A stretch of 64,000 nt of DNA, taken from the IMG/VR virus record IMGVR_UViG_3300037067_027643, positions 192,001 to 256,000 of that record; one strand, written 5' to 3'. Position numbers and translations under genes: made by a program. This document shows, piece after piece, positions 32,843-43,007 of the stretch. The notes beneath the pieces were generated by a model that was not told the DNA's origin, ran no database searches, and was given only the letters and a program-made list of their open reading frames with translations. Within the stretch, counting starts at the first letter, position 1; each line of letters starts with the position of its first letter. This DNA comes from a virus. Taxonomy: Duplodnaviria > Caudoviricetes.

Positions 32843-34111
32843 TTATTTATTTTTTTCTAATTTGTTTATTAAGATGTCAATTTGATCTTTACTTAAATTT
32901 TTATTTACTTCAGTAAGGACCCTAATAGATTCTTCTTCTATAGTAAATGGATACTTAAATTGTTTATTTAAATTCATTACTACTTTAATAGCTTTTAGTT
33001 CTTCTAATGTTAGACGTTTACTATCTTTACAAGTAGGTGGTCCAAATAAGATTTGTTTTGTTGTTTCTCTTGTATTATTTTTTGTATCTATATAAACAGA
33101 TTCTGCTATTTCTGCTTTGTGTCCATCTACTATTACATCGTTATTTTCTTCTTTTATGATTTCTGCCCATGTTCCTTGTTTATAAATTGTATAATAATTA
33201 TATTCTAATGAATCACTAAATGAATAATAAATTATAACATGTTTATCTTTTTTATCAATTATTATTGTATCACTAATACATTTTTCAAATTTAGATCTGT
33301 TTACTTTAACTCCGTCTTTAAATCCTTTCCATAATGCTACTTGAGTTAATACATCTTCGATTTGTTTTGTAGTTGCTTTAGTGACATTTGTTTTAACAGT
33401 AAAATGGTAATATTCATTTTCAATTGTTGATTTAAATTCTGATATATGATTTGGATTGATTATATAACCTTCTGTTGTATTATATGAATTTTCTGTTTGA
33501 GAACTATATCTAAATAATACTTTTTGATCATTTACCTCTTTATACAACCAATCACCTTCTTTGAAATCATTTGTTTGATTAAATTTGGATATTTCTTCCG
33601 TTGTTGCTTTTCTAACTAAATCTTTATGAACTCCAGTAGATCTTCCTAGTTCAGATCTTAAATAAAATTCATCTTTTATTTCTTTTATTTGAAAAATATC
33701 ACCAACCTTAAAAGTAGACCAATTACCTTTTCCATCAGAAATTATTTTCACATAATCATTTAATTTGTATTCATCATCTTCCTCTTCTATTACCGATTGT
33801 TTTAATAGTTGTTCAAAGCTATCTACTTTTGCGAACATGTCTTGTTTGAACTCTTTGAATTGTTCTTGGATTGATGAGGTATCTGGAAAATTTATTTCGT
33901 TAAATTCTATTGTACGATAATATGAATAAGCACACCAACCAGGACAAGGCAATAGATAATAATTATAAATTGGATTCCACTCACGCATATTTTTAAAATG
34001 TTGTTTAAGTATATAATGCTGTTCTTTTGTTGTTACATGACAGACATAATTTTTATTTTCATCAATATTATTATAATTGACACTTAATTCTTCTATTGAA
34101 TATTTTTTCAT
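32843..34111 (-). CDS. Multi-module hypothetical protein with repeated small beta (SH3/KOW-like) domains
   Basis: Recurrent FKxGD / RKATxEEI / KATTKQI motifs. Confidence 0.55.
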   Translation of the reverse strand: MKKYSIEELSVNYNNIDENKNYVCHVTTKEQHYILKQHFKNMREWNPIYNYYLLPCPGWCAYSYYRTIEFNEINFPDTSSIQEQFKEFKQDMFAKVDSFEQLLKQSVIEEEDDEYKLNDYVKIISDGKGNWSTFKVGDIFQIKEIKDEFYLRSELGRSTGVHKDLVRKATTEEISKFNQTNDFKEGDWLYKEVNDQKVLFRYSSQTENSYNTTEGYIINPNHISEFKSTIENEYYHFTVKTNVTKATTKQIEDVLTQVALWKGFKDGVKVNRSKFEKCISDTIIIDKKDKHVIIYYSFSDSLEYNYYTIYKQGTWAEIIKEENNDVIVDGHKAEIAESVYIDTKNNTRETTKQILFGPPTCKDSKRLTLEELKAIKVVMNLNKQFKYPFTIEEESIRVLTEVNKNLSKDQIDILINKLEKNK

Positions 34112-34568
34112 AATTTTAATTTATTAATGTTAATTGAATTTCTTGTGCTACAAAATGAGTATAATCATATACTTTATTTCTAATAGAGTTATCTGGTTCT
34201 ATAATATAGGTTCCACCTATAATTGGTTGGTCAGTTAATGCTTTACCTACTATTTTACCTGTTCCTTTAAATTCTCTTATATTGAATTCAACTCTTTGAT
34301 CTTGTTTTAAATCACTCATAGTTTTATATATTTTAAATTTATAAATTTTCAAATATATATAATATCTGATTCCAATAATATATATCACCTTCACTACCAC
34401 ATGTTGGTATTATTACTTTTTTAATTAGCTTTATCGATCTTCTTTTTTTAAAAAATAAAAATAAAGATTTTATTTCATCTATTTTAACTGATAATTCTTG
34501 AAATGTAAAAATATTTGTATTATTCATAATTTTTATTTATTTTTAATTTTTGTTTATTATTATATTTA

Positions 34569-34617
34569 AGGTAAAGGAGATGAAAATTGTTTGAATTTTC
34601 TATTTGCTCCTTTACCT
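34569..34617 (-). other. Long stem-loop in the 5' leader of the leftward operon
   Basis: AGGTAAAGGAG/CTCCTTTACCT 11-bp arms enclosing GAAAATT/AATTTTC inner arms. Confidence 0.7.
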
Positions 34618-34634
34618 ATTTTAATTATGTGATA

Positions 34635-34755
34635 CAAAATTAATACTTATTTTTCTATTTACCAAATTTATTTTAAAATATTTTAGATTGTTAATAACTT
34701 TCTTAAAATAAATCAAAATAAATTTTTTTATGTGACATATTATTTGTACATTTGT
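34635..34755. promoter_or_regulatory. Divergent Bacteroidetes-type promoters
   Basis: Minus TTTG-N20-TAATTTTG (34635-34666); plus TACATTTG at 34747-34754 with TTTT in the -33 position. Confidence 0.65.
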
Positions 34756-36558
34756 ATTATAATTTAAAACAATAAATAGATATGAAAACAAGTAAAAACA
34801 TAAAAGAAACAAAAACAGCAGTAAGTTCTAAATATCCAAAATGGTTAGATGTCAAAGATCAAAAATATTATGATAGTATGAAAGAAGAAGGATTTTCTAA
34901 CAGTCATATTCAAAGAACTATAGAATATATGAAATTATTAAACGAAGAATAAAAAATTTAAATAATTACAACTATGTTCGAAAAGATAGGTTACTTCAAA
35001 GAATACTATATCAACAATCGATTTATTGGTACTGTAACTCCATGTGAAAAAGATAGAGACGAAGTTGGATACTATAGTCGTAAAGATGAAGTATTAACTG
35101 ATACAGTAATATTAGATAATAAAAAAAGAATTAAAAAAGGAACACTTGGAGTTCATACATTAATATATCCATTGTTTGGAAAATTAATAAAATAAATTTG
35201 GTTATATAAAAAATATTTATTAATTTTGTAAAGTTAAATTAAAAATAAAAACAATGATAAAAGTAAATAAATACCCAGAACAAAAATCAATTAATAGATA
35301 TTTTGATGATTTAGAAGAATGGGAAAATAGTTTTTCATGTAATGAATGTGGTTGTGATAATATTACAGACTTCACTTATGACAGAACAGTTGCAAATGGC
35401 GAAGTTTGGATTTGTAAATATTGTAAAACAGAAAGACTTGTAAAAAATAAACCAAATGAAGATAGATATTAATATTAACAACCTGATATAAAACAAATGA
35501 CAAAATTTAAACTAAATTCAGAAATTACTATAAGTGCTTATACAGAAGTAGAAGCTGATACATTAGAAGAAGCAATTGAAATAGCTAAAGAAAGATCAAC
35601 AATGGAAATACCAATTAATAGTCTAGCAGATGTTAGTGAAGAATGGATTGTAGATGAAATAGATGGTATGCCAGTTAATATACATGAAACTGAATAAAAT
35701 TAATTGATAATAGTTAAAAATAACTTAACCCGGAAAAATATATGTCAGGAGTAAAAGACAAAGTATATTCTATTATTAATTAATTTTTTAAAATATAAAA
35801 CAATATGTCAAAAGCAAACGATACCAGAAAAGAAGCATTAGCATGGTGGGATAATATTCCATTTAATTCATCTAATACAACTATAAGTAAAACTCATTAT
35901 ACTAATAAATATTTTGAGGGTAGAAAATATAATAGTTTAACAGGAAGAGAAATAGAATTGATTTATAATGAACTATGTAAATGTCCTCATTGTGGATATA
36001 TAAGAAAAAATATATCAGGTCTATGTCCAGAATGTTGTATATTTCCACCAACAAATAATATTTTAAAATAATTTAAAACAGATAAAACCTATAAAAATGA
36101 ACTATAACATTATATCATTAGCAGAAGATATAGAATCTATATCAACCATTCTAAAAATAAAAAAGACAGAATTTACAGAAAATTTTTATAAAAATGTAAA
36201 TTATTCTAAGATGTCATTTTCAGAAATAAAACAATTAAATTTAGAATATCAATTAAAAATTAAAGAATTGGAAGATGACATTTATAAAAAATATCATACT
36301 AGTAAAAGATTAATTAAAAACAATTAAATATGATAGAAGATAATAATATTATACAACTCAAAGGAGCTTCTAAAAAAGATAAAGTATTAGTGAAAGAAAT
36401 TCTTTTAAATAGTTACAAAGAATTAGTAAATGAAATTGAAAAAGAAGCAGACTATTGTGATGTAATTGGTTATTGGAAAGATAATATACCAACTAGTAAA
36501 CCAATAATAACAGCTAAGGAATTTATTAATATATATAAAAATTTATTAGATAAATAAA

Positions 36559-37049
36559 ATGTATAAACCAAAGTTATTCGATACAGCAACAAGTCTAGAA
36601 GACTTTATAAGAAGATATCAACCATCTAGTTGGTGTGAACCTATTCAATCTTGTAGTTTTGTTCCATACTTTACAAATGAAGAATATGAACAAATAAAAC
36701 AAGGAAATTATGTTATTCGATATAGACCATTAACTTGGTTTGAAAAAGAAGCAATAGTAGAATTTTTTAAACAACTTCACAAGAAAAGATCTTAGAAGAT
36801 TGGAATAAAAGTAAAGAATATGACAATATAGGACCAACGGTAGAAGAATTTTTAAAAGTATTAAATCATGTTGATACTGGTGATATTATAAAACAACAGA
36901 TAAAAGACTTAATTGAAATATATAAACTTAAATTAGATTCTGTTAATAAAAGATTATGTTCTTGTTATTCAGAAGACTTGGATGATTTTAGGTTTTGTTA
37001 CGAAAATATAATAACAGAATTAACAAACATATTAGAAAACAATAAATAA
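36559..37049 (+). pseudogene. Frameshifted hypothetical gene (-1 shift near 36770)
   Basis: Frame 0 stops at 36795, but the -1 frame is open from 36771 to TAA at ~37049 (TTSQEKILEDWNKSKEYDNIGPTVEEFLK...) with no obvious start of its own. Confidence 0.6.
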
Positions 37050-38115
37050 AACATTATGAAAACAAGAACAAAATTATTTTGGATATTTACATTCTACTTC
37101 TTTTTAGGAGGTAACTTAGGTGGTGTAATATTTGCTATAACTATCCATTTAAATTTATTAAATTATATATTAAATATAATAGCAATAATAGGATTAATAA
37201 TATCTTCGTTTGGTATAGACTGGGTAACATGGCCAGGTAACGGATATCATTTTAAATGGAAGAACATATATTCATTTGTTATATATTTTAGAAATTTAAA
37301 ATCGAAAGAATATACATTAAAACAAAAATTTGATTGTATTAATAAATTAAGAGTAGCATTACAGGAAGATGAAAAAGAACAACGGCATAATGCATTTCTT
37401 TGTAATCAATTGTACCGTTTAGGTATTATACAAGATAATAAAATTAAATATGTTTTAGTTATATTTCCAGAACTACATAATATAATTATTAAATATATAA
37501 AAATTTATAATTCATGTATGATATCTGCAATATCATGTGGTGAAGATTATGGAACAAGATATAAACTTTTAGATGAATTAGAAGCTCAATTAAAAAATAA
37601 ATAATAATTATGAAAAACCTATTAAAAAAGATAATATGTAAATATTATTCTTGGCGTGATGATATTGTCTTTGAAAAGGGATATGAATATTTAAAGATTA
37701 CTCATACCGAATTAGATCAATTAGAAACACATCATCGTATATTATTAGATGACGGATATAAAAAAGTTAGTGATGTTAACTGTAATTTTTCTAAAGCATG
37801 GTGTTGGTATAGAAAACCAAATAAATAATATAACAATATTATTAAACATCAAAATCGACCAAACCCTAAAATTCATCGACGGCATATAAAAATTTATCAA
37901 GGGTTCTAGAGGTACTATGTATAACAAGGTACTCTTACTACACTAGGATTACCGAGAATTGTCCCACATGTAAATCGGACATCAAAAATTATTTAAAATT
38001 TATTTCGACTAAACAACAATATTTAACGATTAAAATATTTTGAAAAGTAGTTGAAATTTAAAGGAAGAAATAGTCAAAAATTGTTAGAATGTTATAAATT
38101 AACAATCTAACTAAT

Positions 38116-38243
38116 ATTTGTATATACAAATGTTTTTAATAAAATCGTGCTTCACATAGGCCGTAAAACCAGTATTTCAAAAAACTAAAATATTAATAAT
38201 CAACAATCTAGTTTTAAGATAATAATCATTTGTATATACAAAT
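38116..38243. promoter_or_regulatory. Two copies of the perfect 16-bp palindrome ATTTGTATATACAAAT (operator-like)
   Basis: At 38116-38131 and 38228-38243, each preceded by aacaatcta, upstream of the promoter at 38275. Confidence 0.6.
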
Positions 38244-38971
38244 ATCACCATCTATAAAAATAAATGAAAATAAATTTGGTAATGTGATAAATTATTCTTA
38301 CTTTTGTATTGTTAAATTAATACTAAAAAATAGACAATATGTGTAAAATAGTAATATCATCAATTAGAAAATTTAACGATAATGGTATCATTCGAGAGGG
38401 GATGGTTCACGGTAAATTTAAAGAAAAATCATTCATTGTTGTTGTCAAAAACTTTGAAACAAATGAAGAAGAAGACTTTATTGTCAACGAAACCGATTTC
38501 ATATAATTAGTATTAACAAGTAAATAACCAAGTTATGTTATATACCAAAGAATTTTATGAAGTAATGGACTTCTTCGAAAACAAAGCCTCTAAAGAAATG
38601 TATATAGAAGGATCATTAACAAGAGAAGATCGAGAACAATGGAAGAGACAATGTTACTATACAAATGGAAATGCAAACAATTATTTCAAAATGTTTTTAA
38701 GTGGATATCAATTAGGTAAAATAAGTTAATATTATAAAAATAAAACATCATGTCAGTAATAACAACCGCAGATGAACATATAACCAAAGCTAAAGAACTT
38801 ATATCAGAAGCCTATAAAAATTTATTAGTAGTACTAGATGAAGAAACTTGGGGTCATAAAGACTATAATGAAACATTTTTAGACAATGTACAAGAAGTAG
38901 CAATGGAACTATTAAAATTAAAAAGAAAATTATAATAAATAATTTTACTACACAATCAAACGAAAACAAAA

Positions 38972-39084
38972 ATTTTGTTAAATTTGTAACAATTTTTCCG
39001 GATTTTGTTAAATTTTTAACAAATTTGTTATAACACATTTATAATCAATTAATTACAAGAAAATATTTTGTTAAATTTGTAACA
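38972..39084. repeat. Three 20-bp iteron-like repeats ATTTTGTTAAATTT[G/T]TAACA
   Basis: At 38972-38991, 39002-39021 and 39065-39084; internal TGTTA-N6-TAACA symmetry; within a ~600-bp non-coding region. Confidence 0.8.
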
Positions 39085-39541
39085 CTTTAAATAATTAAAA
39101 ATCAAACGATTATGTGAGAAAAAATTAAAACTTTATCTGCTTAGTGTAAGTAGGAAAACACGTCGCTTAAAAACGTTGGTATTAGTATGTTATAAAGTAC
39201 GTAGATGTAACTAACTGATAATCAATGGGTAAACGCAACTAAATTTCGCATTTTCCTAATACATAATCATCTCGAATTTTTCGAAAATTATCTATTAAAA
39301 TAACCATACCACACACTAATCTATAATATACGTAATAAAAAATCTTTAATTCAATGTATTATAAAACAGTCAATAAACCAGTTAAAAATTACGTCGATTC
39401 ACCTCTTTTTCTTTAATATAACCACTTATAAATTCAATTATACAATATAGTATATAATCAATCAAAGTACCCGTAAATCTAATCTAATTAAGTTATATAA
39501 TACAATTTGTTTTACCTAATAATATTAATTAAATAAAATTT

Positions 39542-39865
39542 GTGATAGCATATAAATTATTCACTGTGAGAAAGAATGGAACAATTGTATCATTATTTAT
39601 AAATCGTAAATATGTCATTCCTATTAACGAGTGGTTAGTAGCAGAAACCGAACATCATACTAAGGGATATAAATACAGACCTTATTGGCATTGTTGTTCT
39701 GAACCTGTTGCTCCTCACCTCGGTATTAAAAATCGTTGTTGGTATAAAGTAGAGATTCAAGATTATATAAAATTTGATAGACCTATTAATCAGGGAGGAA
39801 CGTGGTATCTAAGTAAGAAAATGAAGGTACTATATCCAATGATAGTAGAATATGTTAATAAATAA
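39542..39865 (+). CDS. Conserved phage hypothetical protein
   Basis: AYKLF...LFIN...RPYWHC...APHL...QGGTWY motifs; GTG start. Confidence 0.6.
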   Translation: MIAYKLFTVRKNGTIVSLFINRKYVIPINEWLVAETEHHTKGYKYRPYWHCCSEPVAPHLGIKNRCWYKVEIQDYIKFDRPINQGGTWYLSKKMKVLYPMIVEYVNK

Positions 39866-39876
39866 TTGCGATTTTA

Positions 39877-39908
39877 TTTGGTAGAGTGAAATATTATCAT
39901 TACTTTTG
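39877..39908 (+). promoter_or_regulatory. Bacteroidetes-type promoter
   Basis: TTTG-N20-TACTTTTG; a degenerate copy lies near 40700. Confidence 0.65.
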
Positions 39909-40742
39909 TTGTATTATTAAAATATAAAAATATTAATTGTTATGAGTATATCACTTAAAAAGAAATTAATAAACATATACAACGCTAATCAATGTGTGGA
40001 TTTAAATGATTGTGATATAGCTATTAGCCAAACAAAAGAATTAATATTATTACATGGTTATACTCCAGCATTAATTAAAAGATTATTAAGTTTAGAAAAT
40101 AAAAGAAAATGTTACATTGGATAGATAGCACTACTGCACTTTTAGATGATAAATCTATTATTAATTTTCTTGATAACGGAGATGTTGAATTTTATCCTAA
40201 TACTAAATCGGGTTGGAAAAAGATTAAAAATAATAGAAAGGATAAAAATCACATGTATAATTCTAAATTTGGTTTAATTATATTTCATCACAATAGTAAA
40301 GAAGATGCTATTCGAATTTGGGAAAATATAGATATGTTATTAAATAATCAAACATTATGAAAATAGGTGATAAGGTTAAATATTCTGATCGAAACTTATA
40401 TTGTAAAAATACTGTTTCTGCGTATGCTAATATGGAGGGAATAGTTGAAAATATATTTGATGATGGCGGTTTCGTTTTAGATTGTGGTACTTCTACATTG
40501 GTTGTACCTAGTCGTGGTTATTATACATTAGATAAAGGAGTATGGATATATTTAAATGATGTACTTATATTTCATAAATTTAAACACACTTTTAAAGAAC
40601 GATTAAATTGTTTATTTCATAATATATTTTATTAATCAATAAAATAACTGTTAAATTTAATCTAATAAAATGATATAATATCAATAAATAATTACAATTT
40701 TATTTAGTAGAGTAAAATATTATTAATATAAATAAGTAAAAA

Positions 40743-41252
40743 ATGAAAGAACAATTTGTAACATTTAAAATAGCCGAACTATTAAAAAAATTAAATTTTA
40801 ATGAACCTTGTTTATCTTTATGGAGATTAATTGATAGTGAGCCAGTATTCAACATAACTTCTGATCCTTGTTATTCAGTGTCTCAAGAAAAAGTGAGTTA
40901 TATTCATGGTAGAAATGCAATTTTGGCTCCGTTGTGGCAACAAGTTCAAGATTGGGTATTAAAAACATATAATGTAGAATATCATATTTGCTCTACCAAT
41001 GGAATAGGACAGAAATTAGGAGATACTCCGGAATGGTCAATTAATTATTGTTTTCCTGGTACTAATAGCAGAGGTTGTGATTTACGATTATTATATCCAG
41101 ATGAGATGCCTAATGCTTATTTTAAATCTAAATATGATTGTTTGTGTGATTCAGTATATAGGCTATTAAAATTCTTACAGACTGAACAATTTAAAGAATT
41201 AAAAGAAAGAGAAGGTATAATACATTTAATGGGTAAAACGATGACTATTTAA
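40743..41252 (+). CDS. Conserved phage hypothetical protein
   Basis: FVTFKIAELLKKLNFNEPC...APLWQQVQDW, a family I recognise from Bacteroidetes phages. Confidence 0.6.
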   Translation: MKEQFVTFKIAELLKKLNFNEPCLSLWRLIDSEPVFNITSDPCYSVSQEKVSYIHGRNAILAPLWQQVQDWVLKTYNVEYHICSTNGIGQKLGDTPEWSINYCFPGTNSRGCDLRLLYPDEMPNAYFKSKYDCLCDSVYRLLKFLQTEQFKELKEREGIIHLMGKTMTI

Positions 41253-41674
41253 TTAAAATAGTTACAATAACATAGTATATAAATCAGTAAACAACCGTTA
41301 AATCTAATCTAAATAAGAGATATGAAACCAAATTATTTTAATGAACCAGAACATATTTATTTTTATAAACAATTGTATGGAATTGTAACAATACCCGATT
41401 ATTTAGATCATTGTTATTTGTTAACTCATGGTCATCGAAAAAGAAATATAGAAGATAGACCGTATTCCAAAACCGATGAAATAATATGTAAGGAATTAAC
41501 TGATGCTATAGATATATTAAACCGAACATACAATTATACTAATAATGAAATAAATATTGAAAATTTATATGATCCTTTTACTAGAGATTTATATAATTAT
41601 TCTATTCGTACTTATATATTTTATAAACATTAAACAATCATTAAATCTAATCGAGTCTTAATAATATATCAGTA

Positions 41675-42937
41675 ATGAAGATAAATATAAATTTAGTAAA
41701 AGTCGTCCCAAAGTCCATCAATATTAGCAACCGTGATAATAATTCATTTGCGGTATGTGTTTATGGTCAACCATCAGAAGAAATCGAGCAATGGATCAAT
41801 TACCATCAATTTAAATCGGAATACATTGATAACTATACCAATATATTTATTCCAAATGATACAGTATTATTATCTGATATATTTTTAGATGCTAAATGTT
41901 TTGAATGGATGGATAGCTTTAGTCCCAATCTTAATAAAGAGTTACATATTGGACATTTTTCTAACCTTGTATTAGGAAAATCTTTTAAATCGTTAGGTAT
42001 TTGTAAAAAGACAGTTAGTATATATGGTGATACATTAAATGATATTAATAAAGATACTATAAGTAAAGCAGAAGCACTAATTCAAATACATTATTATTTA
42101 AAACAATTCGAATATACAGTAAATAAAATCCTATTAGCTTCTCAGGTTAAATATTCTGATAAAAATGGGATATTAAAAGATGGTACTGATAAGTATCAGG
42201 GTTGTAAAATATTCGAAATTGATAATAGTAGTGGTAATAATAATGAACCAACAAAAATAGTGGCCGTTAAAAGTGATGGAAGTTCTTCTTATTTTTATCA
42301 AGATGTAGCGTTGTGTGAATTATTAAATAGCAGTTCTACATTATATTTAACTGGTAAGGAACAATGTAATCATTTTTTATCTCTTAAACAATTATATCCT
42401 GGTATAGAGCATATTGGATTAGGACTGGTTAATGTTTTTGGTAATAAGATGTCTAGTAGAAAAGGAAATGTTATATTGATTAAAGATTTTATACAATGTG
42501 TACAAGAATTATTTGATAATAATATTCAATTAGTATATAATGTATTTGCTGGTTATATATTAAAATCTTCTCCTGAACAAGACAAGGAAATAAATTCTGA
42601 CTATTTAAACAATCCTAAAAATTCATCCGGGTTATATATTAGTTATACCACTGCTAGGTTAATAAGTGCTGGTTGTGATTTAATTGATAATAATAGTAAT
42701 AATAAATATACTTTTATTTCAAAACAGTTAGAATTTGCTTATTTAAAATCTAAGTTTAATTTAAAGCCAAATATATTATTCGAATCTTTAGTTGAACATT
42801 GTAAATTGATAAACTCATTATATGCTACTCATATTATAAAAGATAATAGTGATAATAAAAATATGTTTAATTTATTATTGTCTGATTTAATATATGGATG
42901 TAAAAAATTAGGATTATTTATTATTGAAAAGGTATAA
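41675..42937 (+). CDS. argS: Shortened arginyl-tRNA synthetase-like protein (class I aaRS)
   Basis: SPNLNKELHIGH (HIGH), KSDGSSSYFYQDVA, YLTGKEQCNHF, KMSSRKGN (KMSKS), GLYISYTTARL and a DALR-like C-terminal end (...LGLFIIEKV). Confidence 0.85.
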   Translation: MKININLVKVVPKSINISNRDNNSFAVCVYGQPSEEIEQWINYHQFKSEYIDNYTNIFIPNDTVLLSDIFLDAKCFEWMDSFSPNLNKELHIGHFSNLVLGKSFKSLGICKKTVSIYGDTLNDINKDTISKAEALIQIHYYLKQFEYTVNKILLASQVKYSDKNGILKDGTDKYQGCKIFEIDNSSGNNNEPTKIVAVKSDGSSSYFYQDVALCELLNSSSTLYLTGKEQCNHFLSLKQLYPGIEHIGLGLVNVFGNKMSSRKGNVILIKDFIQCVQELFDNNIQLVYNVFAGYILKSSPEQDKEINSDYLNNPKNSSGLYISYTTARLISAGCDLIDNNSNNKYTFISKQLEFAYLKSKFNLKPNILFESLVEHCKLINSLYATHIIKDNSDNKNMFNLLLSDLIYGCKKLGLFIIEKV

Positions 42938-43007
42938 TATATAATCAATCAAAGTATAGTTAAATCTAATCTAAATAAGTAATATAATATCAATAAAAAT
43001 TAATAAT

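Larger units (their letters stand above)
31435..34527 (-). other. Leftward block of hypothetical ORFs including small membrane proteins (31812-32051, 32129-32350, 32599-32835)
   Basis: Co-oriented ORFs with promoters at 32078-32116 and 34635-34673. Confidence 0.55.
34782..38935 (+). other. Rightward block of small hypothetical ORFs, with promoters at 35197-35228 and 38275-38306
   Basis: Co-oriented small ORFs; both promoters are TTTG-N20-TAnnTTTG. Confidence 0.55.

Noticed and set aside
37830-38030. GC-richer patch with a CPTC-containing frame
   Set aside because: Stops interrupt all frames and there is no clear start; at most a decayed gene remnant.
39130-39290. Possible tRNA or ncRNA in a relatively GC-rich non-coding patch
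   Set aside because: No cloverleaf, T-loop GTTC or convincing stem was found by eye.
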